A stretch of 64,000 bases of DNA from Candidatus Nanoarchaeia archaeon (GTDB lineage: Archaea > Nanobdellota > Nanobdellia > Woesearchaeales > JACPBV01). Position 1 is the first letter of the stretch, and each line of letters begins with the position of its first letter. The notes beneath the pieces are model-generated. The model was not told the origin of the DNA and searched no databases. It saw only the letters and a program-made list of their open reading frames with translations. Shown one piece after another: positions 46,469 through 52,730 of the stretch. The position numbers and the translations under genes are program-made. Location: assembly GCA_028279655.1 (NCBI GenBank), contig JANQNH010000008.1:5012-69011 (forward strand). Direction: 5' to 3'.

Positions 46469-46907
46469 CTCCCATAGCTATTAATAAACATTTCCTAAAG
46501 ACTGTGAGGTCTAAGGTTATTGTTTTGTCGTGCATAACTGTTAAATCACGTTCAACTCCATAGGCTATTGCTTTCTTTAGATTTCCTTCTCTCCCAATAA
46601 TACTCTTTTCCCCCTGAACTTCTGGAATGTAATAATAACCTTGCTTATCTCTTTTGTAGAAGTTTCTTGCTCTTGGTATTCTAACATTACTTACCCAATC
46701 AAAAATGGTAAACCTGTCATTTGCTGGATTTGTTTGTCTCACCAGTATTGTCATAGGGTATTTTCCATGTCCACAACAACAGGCAACCACTTCTGCATTA
46801 GGATTGAGATAATAATCTAAGTTTTCAATTAGGTTTCTTATACACTTATCTATTAGGGTGTTGCTTGTGTTATGATACTTTTTCAGTTTGCACATCTTCT
46901 TAACCAA
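46449..46907 (-). CDS. Phage-like protein with CCCGHG motif
   Basis: IDKCIRNLIENL...VVACCCGHGKYP. Confidence 0.65.
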   Translation of the reverse strand: MVKKMCKLKKYHNTSNTLIDKCIRNLIENLDYYLNPNAEVVACCCGHGKYPMTILVRQTNPANDRFTIFDWVSNVRIPRARNFYKRDKQGYYYIPEVQGEKSIIGREGNLKKAIAYGVERDLTVMHDKTITLDLTVFRKCLLIAMGDDKNAN

Positions 46908-47655
46908 CGACAGCCTCTTTTCCTTTTTGCTGGATTCCTTGTCTTATTCCTTCCTGGAACTCTGGAAGTTGAAAAGGCATTGTTACATCCAGCTTGACTG
47001 CATCAAGCCTGGCCCATGGTTGCTGTGGGCCTACAATGTGGAAGTTACTGATAAGATCATTGAGATCCCATCCAGGAAACGGAAAGAACTTATTATCAGG
47101 ATCATTCATTGAACATATTGTGAGTATTGAAAATTTTTTGTTGAATGGCTGGTTAGGGCCTAGCCTTATTAGAGAAAAAACACACCCAGCCCATTGTGTT
47201 CTGAGATCTTCCTTGAAGAAAAAAGAGAAAGGGATTCCTTTAGTCCCAATGCCATCCTGGAACTTTATGTTTGTTCCTTCTGTGTTGATTAGCTTCTTAT
47301 ACATCTTTTCCCTACACTTCATCAGGTTATGCTTAAAGAAGATATTGCCTCTCTTTGACAACATCCAAAAAGCTATCAGGATCACTGCCACTATGCAGAT
47401 GGTGATGAACAAAACAGCAAAAGATTTTCCAGCCCCCCAATGTCCAGGATAAACTTCTGTTACTTCTGTTGTTTGGATAGTTTGGTTCTTGATTATAACT
47501 TCCTTGAATGGTTTAGGAATCTTAGATCTCCAATCCGGATAAAGCCTGTTGACAAGAAACATTCCAAGTAATATTGCAACTACTATGAAGATCAAGATGA
47601 ATGCAAACAGCACCAGCTTCTTACCTTTGCTTTGCCTTGGTTGTTGTCTTGCCAT
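46900..47655 (-). CDS. Two-TM membrane protein
   Basis: 251 aa, two TM followed by a soluble domain. Confidence 0.75.
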   Translation of the reverse strand: MARQQPRQSKGKKLVLFAFILIFIVVAILLGMFLVNRLYPDWRSKIPKPFKEVIIKNQTIQTTEVTEVYPGHWGAGKSFAVLFITICIVAVILIAFWMLSKRGNIFFKHNLMKCREKMYKKLINTEGTNIKFQDGIGTKGIPFSFFFKEDLRTQWAGCVFSLIRLGPNQPFNKKFSILTICSMNDPDNKFFPFPGWDLNDLISNFHIVGPQQPWARLDAVKLDVTMPFQLPEFQEGIRQGIQQKGKEAVVG

Positions 47656-48043
47656 CCTTTCTGAATAACCTTATCCCCTGCCTTGTTATTGAGAATTGTT
47701 TCCTTGATCTGAGATGTTTTCCCTCTGGAATTATGTTAATGAATCCTTCTCTCTCAAGGATCAAGCATAAGCCATTGAAGAGCTTGTCACAGATCAATCC
47801 AAGATCATAGCCTATAACACCAACTCCACTAAGGCCCTTGATCTGATCTTCTCTTGTTAAATTTCTGATCCTTCGTGTCCATTCACTCTTGAGTTGCTTC
47901 TTGTAGATTGATAACTCTATCCTGGAAGATTTTGATAGGATCCTCTCATTCAATTCAAACAATATTTCCAGGATTATTATTCCTCTTGAATCAATGGTGA
48001 TTTTTTTTTGCTTCATTCTTAAAATAAAAAAAGCCCTCATCAT
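47621..48043 (-). CDS. Winged-HTH-like protein
   Basis: LEREGFI.......FSITRQGIRL wing motif; true start probably MKQKK. Confidence 0.6.
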   Translation of the reverse strand: MMRAFFILRMKQKKITIDSRGIIILEILFELNERILSKSSRIELSIYKKQLKSEWTRRIRNLTREDQIKGLSGVGVIGYDLGLICDKLFNGLCLILEREGFINIIPEGKHLRSRKQFSITRQGIRLFRKDGKTTTKAKQR

Positions 48044-48072
48044 AAAGCGTTGGGGCGATTCCTAATGAGGGC
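48021..48072 (-). terminator. Hairpin + T-tract inside the leftward operon
   Basis: GCCCTCAT/ATGAGGGC arms followed on the minus strand by TTTTTTTATTTT. Confidence 0.6.
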
Positions 48073-48080
48073 AGAGAATA

Positions 48081-48275
48081 TTATTGATCTTGCTTTGCGT
48101 TGGCTACCATTATCCAGCCCACAATTACTGATATGATCCCAGCAATCCACCATCCCCATATAGGATCACAATCCCAGCAAGTCAGCTTGGCCATGATCAT
48201 AAATATCACTGGCACTATGATCAATGCCCAGCCCCAAATCTTCAAACCTTTTTTTTCTTCTCCCATGGATTTCAC
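48081..48275 (-). CDS. Small membrane protein (2 TM)
   Basis: Two TM with CWDC loop; SD GAGGTGA. Confidence 0.7.
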   Translation of the reverse strand: MKSMGEEKKGLKIWGWALIIVPVIFMIMAKLTCWDCDPIWGWWIAGIISVIVGWIMVANAKQDQ

Positions 48276-48280
48276 CTCGA

Positions 48281-48934
48281 TTAATTATTTTCTCCCACCT
48301 TTACCCTATGAACTGCTATTTTTGTGGGTATAAACTCATCATGGAGAACCCTAATAACTTCTCTTTGTTGACAGTTCCTTAGTGGACATTTCCAAAGAAA
48401 ATAATCCCCCTTCTCATCAAATACTACACAACCTTGATCTATCCTCTCCTCATTCTTTAGAACTAAGTTTTTGTATGATATAGAATCACATGCTGTGCAA
48501 TTAAATGTTTCCTCGTTGTGTGTCCAAAAATATCTATACTCATCAATACAACTGAGATTAACTTTTTCTAGGCTTCTCTCGTTTACTGTTGTGAAATATC
48601 CATTGAAGTCAATATCTATGTCTGTATCCATTTGTTTCAGTAAAGAGAGGTAGACTGCTTCTTCTGGAATGTCATTACTTAATGCAAAAGCTATCTCTGG
48701 ACTTTCTGTAAGTGCAACTCCAATATTTTCTGCAACCCCTACAACACTATTTGAAAAAGCGTTGGATACTGATTTCATGAGCCACACAAAACCAAAGGAA
48801 GATATACCAATGGTTATCACTAAGCAAATTAGAATAATAGAGATTAGCTGTGTCCAGTTTATTGTCTTATAGTTATGCTCTATCTTCAACTTTTTTAACT
48901 CATGTTTTTTTTCTTTTTTCTCCATTCCAATCAA
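48281..48934 (-). CDS. Single-TM protein with Cys-containing ectodomain
   Basis: 217 aa, basic N-terminus, TM, 6 Cys in the C-terminal half. Confidence 0.7.
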   Translation of the reverse strand: MIGMEKKEKKHELKKLKIEHNYKTINWTQLISIILICLVITIGISSFGFVWLMKSVSNAFSNSVVGVAENIGVALTESPEIAFALSNDIPEEAVYLSLLKQMDTDIDIDFNGYFTTVNERSLEKVNLSCIDEYRYFWTHNEETFNCTACDSISYKNLVLKNEERIDQGCVVFDEKGDYFLWKCPLRNCQQREVIRVLHDEFIPTKIAVHRVKVGENN

Positions 48935-48941
48935 CCCCCCT

Positions 48942-49100
48942 TTAGTATTGAGTTAGGTTCTTTAACCCTAACTCTCCAATCTTCTCAAGCCGTGCCATGC
49001 AGTTCTTATGGAACAACTTATCTCTCTTTAGCTTGAGGTCATGCTCAAGCTGTATTAACTCCTTCTTCAACCGAATCCGTTCAAGTTCTGATTCTGGCAT
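48942..49100 (-). CDS. 52-aa coiled-coil microprotein (not in ORF track)
   Basis: MPESELERIRLKKELIQLEHDLKLKRDK...; SD GGAG; fills the gap. Confidence 0.65.
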   Translation of the reverse strand: MPESELERIRLKKELIQLEHDLKLKRDKLFHKNCMARLEKIGELGLKNLTQY

Positions 49101-49121
49101 TTGTATCAACTCCTTTGTTTT

Positions 49122-49244
49122 TTAGATTTTTAGATCATCACAACCCTGGTTGATCATTGCTTCCCCTCTTTTTTTCCTAGTGCATGTTCTTCTATCTATA
49201 CAAAATTCACATAAGACATCCTCAGTCTGATATGGTTCAGTCAC
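49122..49244 (-). CDS. 40-aa Cys-containing microprotein (not in ORF track)
   Basis: GTG start overlapping the upstream stop; CEFC....C...GC. Confidence 0.5.
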   Translation of the reverse strand: MTEPYQTEDVLCEFCIDRRTCTRKKRGEAMINQGCDDLKI

Positions 49245-49362
49245 TTCTTTCCAGCCTCTTTTGTTGCTTTGTTTTTCCACTGCACACATGGAATTTATTT
49301 CTCTTTTTATGACAAGTTGGACACCTTACTTTCCTGAGTTCCCTTCTCTCTGATTTTTTCAT
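49237..49362 (-). CDS. 41-aa basic Zn-finger-like microprotein (not in ORF track)
   Basis: MKKSERRELRKVRCPTCHKKRNKFHVC... Confidence 0.55.
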   Translation of the reverse strand: MKKSERRELRKVRCPTCHKKRNKFHVCSGKTKQQKRLERSD

Positions 49363-49371
49363 TCTAACAGA

Positions 49372-49674
49372 TCAATCCTCGGAGTTCTCAATCATCTTCT
49401 TTAATCTCAATATTTTACTGAATTTGACAGTTCTTACTTTTTCTTCTAGTATTTCCCAATCACAAAATATCTTTATTTGTTCAATCATAATCTCAACATC
49501 TGCCATTTCTTCTGCAAGGTCATCCCATACTCTCCCATCTTGGTTCCCCTTACGCATAACCTTATTAGTTGCTTTGATTAATTCTGCGCATTCTTCCATT
49601 AGCATACCAAATTGCAGAGGCAAACCCCACTTTCTTACAGCTTCTTTGTATAACCTTTTTATTCTTCCATCCAT
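49372..49674 (-). CDS. MazG-like all-alpha nucleotide pyrophosphohydrolase
   Basis: WG..LQ..MLMEECAELI.A..K..R....LAEEMADVEIMIEQ. Confidence 0.88.
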   Translation of the reverse strand: MDGRIKRLYKEAVRKWGLPLQFGMLMEECAELIKATNKVMRKGNQDGRVWDDLAEEMADVEIMIEQIKIFCDWEILEEKVRTVKFSKILRLKKMIENSED

Positions 49675-49680
49675 AGTTAT

Positions 49681-49917
49681 CTACCTCATCCATGAAGGTC
49701 TTGGTGTGTTAATAGGATCTTCCAAATACTCATCTTCTTCATGTTGCATATTCACCTCAAAACTATCAGCCATTATCTCATCACCATTGATAACATCATG
49801 GTCACATCTTGAACATAGATTCATATCAGTTTCTTCACCATAGTCATTGGTGAATTTATGATTATAAACTCGATCAGTCATACATCCACAACGACCACAT
49901 TCCTTGTATTCAGTCAT
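49681..49917 (-). CDS. Small acidic Zn-finger protein
   Basis: CGRC...LCSRC. Confidence 0.7.
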   Translation of the reverse strand: MTEYKECGRCGCMTDRVYNHKFTNDYGEETDMNLCSRCDHDVINGDEIMADSFEVNMQHEEDEYLEDPINTPRPSWMR

Positions 49918-50015
49918 TCTAGTAGATCAACATCCTCTTTGATTTCTTCCAGCTTTTCAAGTTCTTCAAAGGTCAGATTCTCTCTCCTAACTTGCATTCT
50001 TTGTTTTTGGTTCAT
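49914..50015 (-). CDS. 33-aa microprotein (not in ORF track)
   Basis: MNQKQRMQVRRENLTFEELEKLEEIKEDVDLLE with ATGA overlaps at both ends. Confidence 0.6.
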   Translation of the reverse strand: MNQKQRMQVRRENLTFEELEKLEEIKEDVDLLE

Positions 50016-50407
50016 TCTCTGTAAAGTTCCAGAAGCCAATCCTCAAGATCCATTGGCCTCAATTCCCTTGCCTGGTGAATAGACAAATACCTTTTTCCTG
50101 AGAGCTTCTTTGCTCTGATGAATCCATAGATGATGAATTGATCTCTGTGCCTTACCAATAAACAGATCCAGATATTCTCATTGATCTGGCGTTTTCTATT
50201 CTCTTTATTAGTGAAGTCAAACCTACCAACATGAATATTATTGGTCTTGCCTTGCTTCACTGACAATTGACAGCTTTTCACCTCTACCTTATACTTCTCT
50301 TTAATAAGAAAATCATACCAGCTATTCTCAAAAGTATACTCGATCCCCTTATCTCTCAATAGTGAGCCAAAGAAAAATTCTCCCTTCATTCCAGCTTCCT
50401 TTCCCAT
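50012..50407 (-). CDS. PD-(D/E)xK nuclease-family protein
   Basis: G..GE helix, WYDFLI....VEVKS. Confidence 0.78.
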   Translation of the reverse strand: MGKEAGMKGEFFFGSLLRDKGIEYTFENSWYDFLIKEKYKVEVKSCQLSVKQGKTNNIHVGRFDFTNKENRKRQINENIWICLLVRHRDQFIIYGFIRAKKLSGKRYLSIHQARELRPMDLEDWLLELYRE

Positions 50408-50659
50408 TTATTTTCTCTCCATCATCTTCTTTATTGAAGGCATCTTCTGATAAGCGCAGAAGAATCCTTTATTCTTCATGAAATCATCAGGCTCTACCAT
50501 GTGTGGACAACAGTCTGAACATTGCCAATACCAGTTGTGTTCTTTGTCTGCTATCTTGCAGTTTGGATTCTTGGTTGCCATGTGATCATCCCAGGAAATC
50601 ACCCAACCTTTTTTGTCTTTCAAGTAGAAGCCTATTGAATTTCCTGAATGAATGATCAA
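50408..50659 (-). CDS. Small Cys-rich hypothetical protein
   Basis: CSDCCPH..FFC; true start probably MATKNPNC overlapping the upstream stop. Confidence 0.5.
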   Translation of the reverse strand: MIIHSGNSIGFYLKDKKGWVISWDDHMATKNPNCKIADKEHNWYWQCSDCCPHMVEPDDFMKNKGFFCAYQKMPSIKKMMERK

Positions 50660-51593
50660 TACCCTTTAACACTTTGTTATGTGTTTTGATATTGACTGCA
50701 AGATTATCATATATTGATGAGTGTTGTGTGTAGCTTGTTGCAAATTGATTGAGAACCTTTGAAGTATCTGCATTAATCTTTAATGTCCCCATCACAGCTT
50801 CTTTTATTATTGTAAGTTCATTAGCAATGTCTGGAGCAATGTTATGAATTGCATAATTTGATACTGTGTTTTTGACATGTACTGGACTTTTATATTCCAC
50901 CTTCTTCTTATAGACTTTTTTGAACACAGTATCATGGATTACCATATCTTCTGGAATCTTATCAAGAAAATCCAGGCCATGAACTCCATGCTCTCCTTTA
51001 CATCTTTTCTTCAAGATCTCAAACTTTGATTTACCACCAAAATATTTTATAATCTTCTTCAAGGCTTCAATACATTGCTTATCAAGTCTTTCTGTAACTT
51101 CGTTTATCCTACATCCAATATCATCAATATCCCTTGCTGTCATTAATCTCCATTGTTTGTTGTGACTTTTATTGGTTACTTCTACCTGAGTTTTTTTGAT
51201 CACTATTCTGCAACCATAGAAATTGTTGAAGTGATGTTCAGAACCATAATTTTTGGATTGATAATCAAACCCTACTAACCGTATTTTTAGTTTTTTTAGA
51301 GTAGGGTTGTCTGATCTTGGTGGGTTGAAATTTCTTTTATCAAAATCAAAGTATAGACGATAATTATGGGGTTGCCATAGCCATTGAATCTTCTTTGATC
51401 CCTCAACCCTACCCACCATCATAGGGTTCAAACCGGTTTCCTGTAGAACCTTGTTGAAAATGGGGGTTGTTATCTCGTCTATATGTTTTTTGATATGCGC
51501 CTCATTATTCTTTGAAATTTTTCCATGAGAAATATAGGGGGGAGGGTATTGTGAACTTAGATGTTTTTGTTCCTCCCTCTTTTTTCTGTGCAT
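50586..51593 (-). CDS. Large basic hypothetical protein (replication/DNA-binding candidate)
   Basis: 335 aa, largest soluble ORF near the start of the leftward operon; no family recognised. Confidence 0.7.
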   Translation of the reverse strand: MHRKKREEQKHLSSQYPPPYISHGKISKNNEAHIKKHIDEITTPIFNKVLQETGLNPMMVGRVEGSKKIQWLWQPHNYRLYFDFDKRNFNPPRSDNPTLKKLKIRLVGFDYQSKNYGSEHHFNNFYGCRIVIKKTQVEVTNKSHNKQWRLMTARDIDDIGCRINEVTERLDKQCIEALKKIIKYFGGKSKFEILKKRCKGEHGVHGLDFLDKIPEDMVIHDTVFKKVYKKKVEYKSPVHVKNTVSNYAIHNIAPDIANELTIIKEAVMGTLKINADTSKVLNQFATSYTQHSSIYDNLAVNIKTHNKVLKGIDHSFRKFNRLLLERQKRLGDFLG

Positions 51594-51619
51594 TATTCAA
51601 CCTCTTTTCCTTATGTAGT

Positions 51620-51772
51620 TTAAGCCGTTTCTATACGGCTAATTTGATCTTTCTTGGATAATTTGATGTAAGCCCTGGCTTCAATGCTTTTGCCACAATA
51701 AGGGCATATAATTGGCTTTTCTCTGGCCCTGTTCCCTTTGGCAAATCTGCCGTTTTTCTCTCTGTCAGGCAT
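51620..51772 (-). CDS. Small basic Zn-ribbon-like protein
   Basis: MPDREKNGRFAKGN...CPYCGK. Confidence 0.65.
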   Translation of the reverse strand: MPDREKNGRFAKGNRAREKPIICPYCGKSIEARAYIKLSKKDQISRIETA

Positions 51773-51773
51773 T

Positions 51774-51905
51774 TTAAAGCTGATCAACCCCAGCATCTTG
51801 AAGCATTTGGCGATATACTTCATCATTGAGCTGGGAGTTGAGTTTATGGCGAGTATTAGAGTTATTCATCTCTAGCTGAGATTTTATAGAAGGGAGATCA
51901 TTCAT
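51774..51905 (-). CDS. 43-aa microprotein (not in ORF track)
   Basis: MNDLPSIKSQLEMNNSNTRHKL...; overlaps upstream stop and abuts the downstream start. Confidence 0.5.
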   Translation of the reverse strand: MNDLPSIKSQLEMNNSNTRHKLNSQLNDEVYRQMLQDAGVDQL

Positions 51906-52056
51906 TGGGATCGCCCTGATCTGATGGGGATATTGTGAGATCATATCCTTTATCCTTTAAGATCTGGCCATTCTTGATATAGGCCTTGTCTACAAGAAAA
52001 CAGTAGCTATTCCCAACACTCTTAATTCTTCTATCCTTTATGGTTATTGTATCCAT
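51898..52056 (-). CDS. AbrB-like 52-aa regulator (not in ORF track)
   Basis: MDTITIKDRRIKSVGNSYCFLVDKAYIKNGQILKDKGYDLTI; SD AGGTGA; first gene of the leftward operon. Confidence 0.8.
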   Translation of the reverse strand: MDTITIKDRRIKSVGNSYCFLVDKAYIKNGQILKDKGYDLTISPSDQGDPNE

Positions 52057-52111
52057 CTGCATCACCTTTTTTTGTTATTATTTAAGTTGTTATTCTTATA
52101 ATAACATAAGT

Positions 52112-52195
52112 TATATATAAACTTTACGGTATTTTGACAGGTCACTATATAGTGACAAATAGTTATAAGAAAAGTTTATATATATGTTATAACAT
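52112..52195. promoter_or_regulatory. Symmetric divergent promoter with central palindromic operator
   Basis: AAAGTTTATATATA on both strands (52112-52125 minus, 52171-52184 plus); central GTCACTATATAGTGAC (52141-52156); ATGTTATAACAT (52184-52195). Confidence 0.8.
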
Positions 52196-52223
52196 CCGTT
52201 ATTACATATATGAGGTGAGAATA

Positions 52224-52394
52224 ATGGATTTTGAAACTGAGATCGTATCCAGGGGCAATAGTTATGGATTTGCTATTCCAAAGGCCCTAGTTAGATGCAA
52301 TGTTTTAAAACAAGGCCAGAAATATAGGATAATAGTTGAAGAAGCTGAACCTGTTCCTATGGATCTTATTGAAAAGAAGAAACGCCGCGACTGA
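52224..52394 (+). CDS. AbrB-like regulator, truncated at the att site (56 aa integrated form)
   Basis: MDFETEIVSRGNSYGFAIPKALV...LKQGQKYRIIVE; SD GAGGTGA; runs through the att core and stops inside the antisense tRNA. Confidence 0.82.
   Translation: MDFETEIVSRGNSYGFAIPKALVRCNVLKQGQKYRIIVEEAEPVPMDLIEKKKRRD
52380..52387 (+). repeat. Right attachment core AAACGCCG
   Basis: Overlaps the last 5 nt of tRNA-Ser; identical to 29207-29214. Confidence 0.75.
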
Positions 52395-52506
52395 GATTTG
52401 AACTCAGAAATCCGTGAGGAAACGGGATGTTTGCACAATCTTTAGCAATCTTGCACCATAATCTTAAAGATTATGTCCGCGCAGTACCAGATTGTGCCAT
52501 CGCGGC
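52383..52506 (-). tRNA. tRNA-Ser(GCT) with two introns (52451-52476 at 29/30; 52429-52442 at 37/38)
   Basis: Acceptor GCCGCGA/TCGCGGC-G73, long variable arm, T-arm CTGAG-TTCAAAT-CTCAG; splicing gives CGGGA-TTGCTAA-TCCCG. Confidence 0.92.
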
Positions 52507-52546
52507 ATAAGAATATAAGTATTTTTATTCTGTATATAAACTTTTT

Positions 52547-52676
52547 GAAAACCCAACAATAAGGACGAAAACTGCCTGAAGAGGGAACCCCCATACTAAG
52601 TAGGGGAATTTCCTTTTGGCATAGGACTTTATGAAATAAAGTCCGTGTTTGAGTCAATTATTATTGTTGGGTTTTC
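52547..52676. repeat. Palindromic intergenic element (family member)
   Basis: Perfect 16-bp terminal inverted repeat GAAAACCCAACAATAA/TTATTGTTGGGTTTTC; internal GGACTTTAT/ATAAAGTCC. Confidence 0.88.
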
Positions 52677-52730
52677 TTACTACTGTAATAAAAAACCTTA
52701 TAAACTAATTATGAAATTATTAAGCATACT

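Larger units (their letters stand above)
29207..52387. mobile_element. Integrated virus-like/integrative element (~23.2 kb) at the tRNA-Ser(GCT) 3' end
   Basis: Direct repeat AAACGCCG at 29207-29214 and 52380-52387 (21/27 identity when extended), integrase near the left end, dense small orphan ORFs, ATPase, MTase, MazG; housekeeping genes resume outside. Confidence 0.88.

Noticed and set aside
51620-51772. Terminase small subunit suggested by GRFAKGN
   Set aside because: Only 50 aa, the motif is a generic short DNA-binding element, and no large terminase or portal gene is present.
29207-52387. Alternative genetic code in the element
   Set aside because: Genes tile densely with standard stops and TGA/ATG overlaps; gaps are explained by microproteins.
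52383-52506. tRNA-Leu(TAA) read from the TTTAAGA loop
   Set aside because: That hairpin is the inner stem of intron 1. G73 and the spliced CGGGA/TCCCG stem give Ser(GCT).
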